From NCBI GenBank assembly GCA_964016885.1, contig OZ024763.1:4650001-4714000 (forward strand): a stretch of DNA of 64,000 nucleotides. The letters run 5' to 3'. This DNA comes from Eledone cirrhosa. Taxonomy: Eukaryota. A program made the translations under genes and the position numbers. The notes beneath the pieces are model-generated. The model was not told the origin of the DNA. It did not search any database and saw nothing but the letters and a program-made list of their open reading frames with translations. Every line of letters begins with the position of its first letter. Within the stretch, counting starts at the first letter, position 1. Positions 53,661 to 64,000 of this stretch are shown piece after piece.

Positions 53661-53710
53661 GCACACACACACACACACACGCGCGCGCGCACACACACAC
53701 ATACACACAT

Positions 53711-53762
<52 letters not shown>

Positions 53763-54235
53763 ACACACACATGCACACACATGCACACATACACACATGC
53801 ACACACACACACACACACACACACATGCACACATACACACATGCACACACACACACACATGCACGCACACACACACACACACATACACACACACACACAC
53901 ACACCCATACACACTCATGCACACACACACACACACATACACACATACACTCATGCACACATACACACACACACACACACACACATACACACACACACAC
54001 ACATGCACACATACACACATACACACACATGCACACACATGCACACATACACACACGCACACACACACACACACACATGCGCACACACACACACACACAC
54101 ACTCATGCACACATACACACATGCACACATACACACACACACACACACATACACACACACACACACACACACATACACACATGCACACGCACACATACAC
54201 ACACACACACATGCACGCACACACACACACACATG

Positions 54236-54286
<51 letters not shown>

Positions 54287-54312
54287 GCACACATACACAC
54301 TCACGCACACAT
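53515..54312. repeat. Compound (CA)n tract
   Basis: Direct inspection. Confidence 0.96.
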
Positions 54313-55074
54313 ATATATGCATATATTACTATTATTATTATTGTTATAAGACAGCTGAGAACTGAAAGTGTTGGTCGTGAGAGAAAAAGAAGTAATACAA
54401 AATATAAAAAAGAATTCAATTGAAAGAAATTGTTGTTAGGAAAGACGGAAGAGCGCCGCGGAGGTGTTGTGTTGTAATGTGGGCTGGAGGCGGTGGTGCT
54501 GTGTATTGTGGGGTGTAGTGGGGTGGTGCGGTGTATTGTGGGGTGTAGTGGAGTGGTGCGGTGTATTGTGGGGTGTAGTGGTGTGGTTGAGAGCAGTGGT
54601 GGATGCCAGGATGTGGTGTTTAGTTGTTGTAGGCTGGCTGGCTGGTCGGGTTGGTTTGTGTGGTTGGGTGTGTAGGTAGTGTAGTGTAGGGTGGTTGTGT
54701 AGTTGAGGTGCTTGGTAGTAGTAGTGGATGTGGTGTGTAGAGTGGCTCGATGGTTAGGGTTAGGGTGTGTGAGGTGTCTGGCTCTATTGTAACGGGTGGA
54801 CTTGTTGGTCTCTCTCTCTCTCTCTTCTCTTGTGTGAGGTAACATGGTGCTTGGCACCCTAGATGGCGCTGTGGTGTGAAATCTCGCCCCTCACTGACAA
54901 AATGGAAAGGTTTTTTTCAAGTCTTTTCATCTCATTTCTTCACCGTCCTCCACCACCACCGCCGCCGCCATTACACCAACTATCTCGTTATTTTTCTTTT
55001 CTAAGGATTAATGTTATCAGTTTGACTAGAAGCGTGCCATGTAGGTGTATGTATATATACCTGTGGTTCGGTAG

Positions 55075-55110
<36 letters not shown>

Positions 55111-55119
<9 letters not shown>

Positions 55120-55503
55120 TAAACGGAATAGAAAATGCTGACAAATTGTTCACAGTTGAAAAATGGTTTAATTAGGAATAAAAGAGTATTAGTGATTGTA
55201 TGGGTTAGTATTCAGTTGTGGTTTTAAGTTTTTAAGTTTTTACCGGTTGCGCATTTCTAAATGCTTTTCAAAAATAATTTTGAGATAGAGTGTCCGTGCT
55301 GTTTGCTCTGATCTGCACGGACACTCTATCTCAAAATTATTTTTGAAAAGCATTTAGAAATGCGCAACCGGTAAAAACTTAAAAACTTAAAACCACAACT
55401 GAATACTGACCCATACAATCACTAATACTCTTTTATTCCTAATTAAACCATTTTTCAACTGTGAACAATTTGTCAGCATTTTCTATTCCGTTTACCAATA
55501 TAT
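55111..55503. repeat. Near-perfect fold-back, arms about 189 bp, 15-nt spacer
   Basis: 55111-55299 is the reverse complement of 55315-55503. Confidence 0.95.
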
Positions 55504-55535
55504 AATAACTTGTGTGTTACACCTCTATTCTTTTA

Positions 55536-55615
<80 letters not shown>

Positions 55616-55749
55616 TACGTTATTCCGGGTTGAGTCGGAGGTAACCACAGTAAGTAAGGTACTCAATACATTGCAGAGTATAACAGTTTTAATATAGATG
55701 AGATTCTACAGGACTAGAACTCTAATCCTGTAGAATCTCATCTTATTAA

Positions 55750-55842
<93 letters not shown>

Positions 55843-55848
55843 TAGATG

Positions 55849-55899
55849 AGATTCTACAGGACTAGAACTGTTTCATTCTTTAGAAATCATCAGGAATTT
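55849..55899 (-). ncRNA. Type I hammerhead ribozyme, same family as 6987-7037, GUA site
   Basis: Minus strand: AAATTC-CTGATGA-TTTCTAAAGAAT-GAA-ACAG-ttctagtc-CTGT-A-GAATCT. Confidence 0.68.
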
Positions 55900-55983
55900 T
55901 CCAAAAATAAATGTGGTATTTATATCTTTTCAGGTGGTAGGAGAGGGTGGTGAGTGGGATGGGTGGAGATCATTGGCTGAAAG

Positions 55984-56026
<43 letters not shown>

Positions 56027-56086
56027 GTATATATATATTTGTTTTGTGAGGTTTTTTATATGAAATCGTGTGTCGAAACAAATATT

Positions 56087-56404
56087 GTTATACTTGGGGA
56101 GGGTCATATTGTTGTAATAATATTGCCAGAAATAATAACGGAACACAATCACTGTTTGGTTGGTTTTCACTTCTCTATCTTTTATATCAGTTAATTCATT
56201 CGGTTCTCAATGTTACCATTGACTGACCAACGGTCAAAAGTACAGATATAATATAGATATTGGTCAGTCAATGGTAAACATTGAGGACCGAATGAATTAA
56301 CTGATATAAAAGACACAGAAGCGAAAACCAACCAAACAGTGAGTGTGTTCCGTTATTATTTCTGGCAATATTATTACAACAATATGACCCTCCCCAAGTA
56401 TAAC
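56087..56404. repeat. Fold-back, arms about 144 bp
   Basis: GTTATACTTGGGGAGGGTC.. / ..GACCCTCCCCAAGTATAAC. Confidence 0.93.
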
Positions 56405-56477
<73 letters not shown>

Positions 56478-57007
56478 CTGTATCTATGAGGAGGAATGTG
56501 TAACTGTATACAGGAGCGTGCCGTTGTGCTCGTGAGATTTCACACCACATATGTGTGTGTCTGTATAAGTGTGTGTAATTGTAGAGCTGTGAGGGGGTTC
56601 TGAAGTTGAGAAGGGAGCTGAGAACCGCAACTGGGACAACATCAAGTGCTCGTCCACCTTCAATCGGCTCGAGCCAAACAGCAGCGCGTGATTCATTTCG
56701 GTGCTCTCCTCGGCAATCGTTACCCTTCTTGGCGAGTACAGCGCTTCGGATTCCGTCTATCACAGAGTCACACAGATATCGCTGTGGAACTATTGTTAAC
56801 GAGTTTTGTCTGAAATCGCTATGCGCCACTCGAACGAGCTTTGCTGTGGCTGTCTTCCCATCTCAATGGGAGTCATCTGGCTGTGATCGTGGTGATGGTA
56901 AACGCCCAGATGAGATGCTCTCTTCCCATCCGAGAGAGATAAATCCCTAATCTGGGATGCCACGTACTGTGACCCATTCTCCAACTCCAGCCTTATCGCT
57001 TCGGCCG

Positions 57008-57138
57008 CAAACACAGGCACTGCCGCCAGTAGTGCAGAGGAGACCGCAAACACAGGCACTGCCGCCAGTAGTGCAGAGGAGACCTCAAACACAGGCACTG
57101 CCGCCAGTAGTGCAGAGGAGACCTCAAACACAGGCACT
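57008..57138. repeat. 39-bp tandem repeat, about 3.3 copies
   Basis: CAAACACAGGCACTGCCGCCAGTAGTGCAGAGGAGACCN units. Confidence 0.9.
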
Positions 57139-57860
57139 TTTCCTTTCTTCTTTGTTGCTTTAGATAAACTTTTCTGTAAATAATAATTATTTGAATCAAC
57201 TTTAATGAAACGCGTGAAATATTTCAAGAAACTTGATAGGACCGCCTATGGTTCGTATTTGTATCTGTATTTTACTTTGGCAGTTTGTTTATATTCCTTA
57301 AGTTAGTGTTTTGACCAAAATGAGATCGATAAAATAAACCCATCAGGCTGATGCCCCAGCATGATCGGAGTCTAACGACTGAAACCAGTATAAGGGTAAG
57401 TGATTAAACGACTTAGTTATAAAACATTGACAAACAAAATCAAAGAAGATAGACATAGCAACGGCCACCCCTCCCCGCAAGCCTACCCAATGACCAACAA
57501 AATCTGAACTAAAACTACGCCAATGAAAATATAAACACAAGAAAGATCTAAGAGAGCGGAAAGATCTAAGGCTGGAAAATGTTGAAGAAAAGTGAAATAA
57601 AGAATTTAAATCTCAGATCTTTTGAGGGAAACCACGACAAACACTCCATTCTTCTAAATATCTACAATTTATTAATATATATGTTTAAGTATGGATCCGT
57701 AATTTGTGATAGAGTCGTGTCTTGGGCATTTTAAACCTGGCGGAGCCTATCCACACGGAGCCTATGTCTGAATATAGACAACTGCTTCCGAGAACAAGAG
57801 AGAGGAAGAGTTATAGACGAATATTCGAATATTCGTCTATAACTCTTCCTCTCTCTTCCC

Positions 57861-57948
<88 letters not shown>

Positions 57949-58244
57949 GAATAATCGAGTATCGAAAAATCGGCGCACGAGTTCGCGATAAACAAAATTC
58001 GAGATGAGCGGCAGAGGGCTCCATAATTCAGATAAATCAGAGCTATAACTATCGTTAAAATACCGTCACACGCTGAATATGTCTACAATCAACCATACGA
58101 CCGAAAAATTGCGATATGGAAGATTCGGGACACTCAGATAAATTATCAATAGATCAAATGAATGTAAAAAGCATACCCGGACCCGCTAGAGAGATGGTAA
58201 ATCTAGCTTCTTGGGTTTCTGTAAATCCTTAAACTGTCCTCTAT

Positions 58245-58444
58245 NNNNNNNNNNNNNNNNNNNNNNNNNNNNNNNNNNNNNNNNNNNNNNNNNNNNNNNN
58301 NNNNNNNNNNNNNNNNNNNNNNNNNNNNNNNNNNNNNNNNNNNNNNNNNNNNNNNNNNNNNNNNNNNNNNNNNNNNNNNNNNNNNNNNNNNNNNNNNNNN
58401 NNNNNNNNNNNNNNNNNNNNNNNNNNNNNNNNNNNNNNNNNNNN
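58245..58444. other. Scaffold gap (200 N)
   Basis: Run of N. Confidence 1.
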
Positions 58445-59300
58445 TGTAATAGCTACATCACATCACTGCTATAGTCCCTGTAATAGCTACATCACATCAC
58501 TGCTATAGTCCCTGTAATAGATACATCACATCACAGCTATAGTCCTCTAATAGCTACATCACATGACATCACATCACAGCTATAGCCCCTGTAATAGCTA
58601 CATCACATCACAGCTATAGTCCCTGTAATATCTACATCACATCACAGCTATAGTCTCTGTAATAGCTACATCACATCACTGCTATAGTCCCTGTAATAGC
58701 TACACCACATAACAGCTATAGTCTCTGTAATAGCTACATCACATCACATCACAGCTATAGTCTCTGTAATAGCTACATCACATCACATCACAGCTATAGT
58801 CTCTGTAATAGCTACATCACATCACATCACAGCTATAGTCTCTGTAATAGCTACATCACATCACATCACATCACAGCTGTAGGCTCTGTAATAGCTACAT
58901 CACATCACATCATAACTATAGTCCTTGTAATAGCTACATTACTGGACACCACATAACAGCTATAGTCTCTGTAATAGCTACATCACATCACATCACATCA
59001 CACCACATCACAGCTGTAGGCTCTGTAATAGCTACATCACATCACATAACATCACATCACATCACATCACATCACAGCTGTAGGCTCTGTAATAGCTACA
59101 TCACATCACATCACATCACAGCTGTAGGCTCTGTAATAGCTACATCACATCACATAACATCACATCACATCACATCACATCACAGCTGTAGGCTCTGTAA
59201 TAGCTACATCACATCACATCACATCACATCACAGCTATAGTCTCTGTAATAGCTACATCACATCACACCACAGTTATTATCCCTGTAATAGCTACACCGC
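58445..59300. repeat. Tandem repeat CTGTAATAGCT-(ACATC)n-ACAGCTATAGTC next to the assembly gap
   Basis: Unit about 35-65 bp with a variable internal pentamer. Confidence 0.92.
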
Positions 59301-59634
59301 ATTCAAAATAAGATTTGTTCAATAAACCTATTATAAACATTTGAATAGACAAGCGTATATTTGAGTTAATCGTTGCAGGATGTTATGGGGGTAAGCACAG
59401 AATAACCATCCTAGACACCTAAAACAACATGTTATAGTATTTATGACATTGTTTCACACAAATATATGATAAACGCGTATGGACATCACTGGACGTGTGG
59501 TTGGAGTAGACTGTGCCATCGACTTTTGTCACTTTCGCTACTTTTATCTACCTTTGGGTGAGAGTACTTCCCTCTCCATCCTCGCCTTCCTTTCCAGGTG
59601 AAACTTGAAAAAAAATCGGTGAATAATAATAAAT

Positions 59635-60732
59635 AATTGCTTCTACTTTTGGCACAAGGCCAGTAATTATCCGAGTGTATTACTGGTACTCTATGTTATC
59701 GACCCCGTAAGGATGAAAGGCAAAGTTAACCTCTGCGAGATTTGATCTCTGGCCGTAAAGGGACGTAACTCTATGCTGCAAAGAATGGCGTCTGGCCGCC
59801 CACCGAGGTTGATAAATAATGGTTTCTTATATAGGCACAAGGCCAGCAATTTGGGAGTAGGGGAAAGTCGATTAAATCGACCCCAGTGCGTGACTGGTAC
59901 TTTATTTTACCGACCCCGTAAGGATGAAAGGCAAAGTTAACCTCGGCTGGATTTGAACTCAGATCATAAAGGGCCGTAACTCTATGCTGCAAAGAATGGC
60001 GTCTGGCCGCCCACCGAGGTTGATAAATAATGGTTTCTTATATAGGCACAAGGCCAGCAATTTGGGAGTAGAGGAAAGTCGATTAAATCGACCCCAGTGC
60101 GTGACTGGTACTTTATTTTACCGACCCCGTAAGGATGAAAGGCAAAGTTAACCTCGGCTGGATTTGAACTCAGATCATAAAGGGCCGTAACTCTATGCTG
60201 CAAAGAATGGCGTCTGGCCGCCCACCGAGGTTGATAAATAATGGTTTCTTATATAGGCACAAGGCCAGCAATTTGGGAGTAGAGGAAAGTCGATTAAATC
60301 GACCCCAGTGCGTGACTGGTACTTTATTTTACCGACCCCGTAAGGATGAAAGGCAAAGTTAACCTCGGCTGGATTTGAACTCAGATCATAAAGGGCCGTA
60401 ACTCTATGCTGCAAAGAATGGCGTCTGGCCGCCCACCGAGGTTGATAAATAATGGTTTCTTATATAGGCACAAGGCCAGCAATTTGGGAGTAGAGGAAAG
60501 TCGATTAAATCGACCCAGTGCGTGACTGGTACTTTATTTTACCGACCCCGTAAGGATGAAAGGCAAAGTTAACCTCGGCTGGATTTGAACTCAGATCATA
60601 AAGAGCCGTAACTCTATGCTGCAAAGAATGGCGTCTGGCCGTCCACCGAGGTTGATAATAATTGTTTCTACTTTTGGCACAAGGCCAGCAATTGTCCCAG
60701 TACATTACTGGTACTTTATTTTATCGACCCCT
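59635..60732 (-). repeat. 211-bp tandem array of SINE family A monomers (about 4.3 near-identical units plus flanking partial copies)
   Basis: Identical 73-aa pseudo-ORFs at 59771, 59982 and 60193 are spaced 211 bp apart; each unit has B box, body and tail. Confidence 0.93.
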
Positions 60733-60794
60733 TACGCTCTCACAGCCACTACTACCAATATCCAGCAACCACATTAACACTGCTACCATGATAA

Positions 60795-62577
60795 CCATGA
60801 CCACCACCACCACCAACTACAACACCACCACCACCACCAACTACAACACCACCACCACCACCACCACAACACCACACCACCACCACCACCACCACCAACA
60901 CACCACCCACCACCACCACCAACCACAACACCACCCCCACCACCACCACCACACACCACACCACACCACCACCCACCACACACCACACCACCACCACCAC
61001 CACCACAACACCACCACCACCACCAACTACACACCACCACCACCACCACACAACACCACCACCACCCACCACCAACCACACCCACCACAACACCACCACC
61101 ACCAACACCACCAACAACCACCACCACCACCACCACCACAACACCACCACCACCACCACCACACACCACCACCACCACCACCAACTACAACACACACCAC
61201 CACCACCAACTACAACACCACCACCACCACCAACTACAACACCACCCCACCACCACCAACACACCCACCACCACCACCACCACCAACTACAACACAACAC
61301 CACCACCACCACCAACTACAACACCACCACCACCACCAACTACAACACCACCACCACCACCAACTACAACACCACCACCACCACCACCAACTACAACAAC
61401 ACCACCACTACTACAACACCACCAACAACTACAACACCACCACCAACTACAACACCACCACCACCACCAACAACAACACCACCACCACCACCACCAACTA
61501 CAAACATCACACCACCACCACCAACTACAACACCACCACCACCACCACCACCAACTACAACATCAACACCACCACCACCAACTACAACACCACCACCACC
61601 ACCAACTACAACACCACCACCACCACCAACTACAACACCACCACCACCACCACCACCACCAACTACAACATCAACACCACCACCACCACCAACTACAACA
61701 CCACCACCACCACCAACTACAACACCACCACCACCACCAACTACAACACCACCACCACCACCACCACCAACTACAACACCACCACCACCACCACCACCAC
61801 CACCAACTACAACACCACCACCACCACCAACTACAACACCACCACCACCACCAACTACAACACCACCACCACCACCACCAACTACAACATCAACACCACC
61901 ACCACCAACTACAACACCACCACCACCACCAACTACAACACCACCACCACCACCACCACCAACTACATCACCACCACCACCACCACCACCAACTACAACA
62001 CCACCACCACCACCACCACCACCAACTACACCACCACCACCACCACCAACTACAACACCACCACCACCACCACCAACTACAACACCACCACCACCACCAC
62101 CAACTACAACACCACCACCACCACCACCAACTACAACACCACCACCACCACCACCAACTACAACATCAACACCACCACCACCAACTACAACACCACCACC
62201 ACCACCAACTACAACACCACCACCACCACCACCACCAACTACATCACCACCACCACCACCACCAACTACAACATCAACACCATCACCACCACCAACTACA
62301 ACACCACCACCACCGCCACCACCAACACCACCACTACCAACACCACCACCACCAACACCACCGCCACCACCAACACCACCACCGCCGCCGCCACTATCAC
62401 CACCACCGCCGCCGCCACTATCACCACCACCACCACCACCGCCGCCACTACCACCACCACCACCACCACTACCACCGCCACCACCACCACCACCGCCGCC
62501 ACCGCCACCAACACCACCACCACCACCACCGCTACCACCGCCACCGCTACCACCGCCACTACCACCACCACCACCAT
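60795..62577. repeat. (ACC)n-based compound repeat with an AACTACAAC subunit, about 1.8 kb
   Basis: Direct inspection. Confidence 0.96.
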
Positions 62578-63019
62578 ACTCCCGGCGTCTATACATTGGT
62601 AGAGACACGTTGAACAGGTTTTTTTCTTTCTCATTAAAACTTAAAACATTAACTCGCACACGTTTTTTTTATCACAGGGAACAATATATGTGTGTATGAG
62701 TCTCTGTGTGTGTGTATATGTACAACATACCCCCACACGCACACACATATATATATATATATATACACACATACATATACATATATATATATATATATAC
62801 ATGTCTGTGTGTGTGTGTATGCGATTATTGGGTATGTGTATTGGGTGAATGAAAATCTAACGACGCCATAATGTCGAAAGGAACGGCTATTATTCCCATG
62901 TAAAACAACCGACATTATGTTTATGGCGAAAATATTTCTGAAATGCTCGGAAACAAATGAAAACAACGTATAACAATAATATAAACAGGTATTAATAAAG
63001 GATAATGGCTATCATAATC

Positions 63020-63365
63020 ATTTATGGTTTCTGATTTAGGGACAAGGCCAACAATTTGGAGGGGAAAGTTAAGGATATCGACTCAGTGTGTTACTGGTAT
63101 TTTAGCAACTAAACAAATATGAAAGACAACATTAACTCTGTTAACACTGAAGAATCCCGAAGCTTACAGCGACCGAAACTTTGTAGTAATTGTTTCTACT
63201 TGTTTAACCAGTGCATTACTGGTACTTTATTTTATCGACCCCCCCGTAAGGATGAAAGGCAAAGTTAACCTTGGCGGGATTTGAACTTAGAATGGAAAGG
63301 GCTGTAACTCTATGCGTCAAAGCATGGCGTCCGACCCTCTACCGATACTGCCAATCAACCGCCAT
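63020..63365 (-). mobile_element. SINE family A copies (one diverged, one near full length)
   Basis: Same body and head motifs. Confidence 0.8.
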
Positions 63366-64000
63366 CGTGACAAATGTCCATTGGAATTTAAGTCCAACGC
63401 CTTAACCACTTGGCCATCGTGCTCAATAACAAATATAGCGAATTATAGTCACATCAACATTGTTGGCTATGATTGGTCAAACTGACATTGAGGTCAGATT
63501 GACATAAAAAAAAAAAAATTGGTTTATCGGAAATGAACGAAGAAAAACGGTTCTGAAATACGTCAGCTGCGAAATTTTACACAGGATGACAAAAATGTCT
63601 TCCACGTTAAGATTTTGTTTTTCAACATCAGCTTAACCTAATGAAAATATGGATTATATATATGAGGGGGGGGGGGGGGGGTTAATAATAATTGTTTCTA
63701 CCTTTGGCACAATGCCAGCAATTACTGGTTCTTTATTTTATCGACCCCGTATCTTCTCCATTTCAATAGGACAGTTATAGGACCTATATTTAATAAATAA
63801 ATAAAATTAAATTAGAAGGTGTGATGTGAGAGGGTGTATTGCCGGTCACCTTGTAAAAAAAAAATGGCGTCACTCTCTTAGAGGTAAACTCGTCAACCCT
63901 TAACAAAATTACAGGTCAGCGGCATATCTTACAACACCGGAAACCAGGCGAATGTAATCAGGTCTGCCAGTTAATTAACTGCAATCAGATATCCGAACGA

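Noticed and set aside
54766-54813. Entry refers to 54753-54766: GGTTAGGGTTAGGG, two telomere-like units
   Set aside because: Only two units within GT-rich low-complexity DNA; not significant.
56404-57227. Overlapping 114-143 aa ORFs in unique-looking DNA
   Set aside because: No recognisable domain or splice structure; partly a 39-bp tandem repeat.
60662-62659. 646-aa Thr/His-rich (mucin-like) and 422-aa Gly-rich ORFs
   Set aside because: (ACC)n compound microsatellite starting inside a SINE; no splice or domain support.

Overview
AT-rich, microsatellite-dense animal genomic DNA with spliceosomal GT-AG introns and a 200-N gap at 58245-58444. The SINE and microsatellite landscape suggests a mollusc, probably a cephalopod such as Octopus (inference only). 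One host gene is well supported: a four-coding-exon Hairy/Enhancer-of-split bHLH-Orange-WRPW repressor on the minus strand (21491-21628, 15346-15444, 14191-14284, 9965-11184; 516 aa). The rest is repeats: two tRNA-headed SINE families (one expanded into a 45-bp head array and a 211-bp multimer array), decayed R4/Dong-like and RTE-like LINEs, a decayed mariner, many fold-back elements beside (TA)n, and minisatellites. The notable signal is RNA structure. About twelve type I hammerhead-ribozyme folds of several families are present. A dispersed repeat (four copies, two with an intact core) appears to encode a hammerhead whose three core strands are in a non-circularly permuted, pseudoknotted order, with compensatory base changes between copies. 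All folds were made by eye and none has been tested for cleavage.
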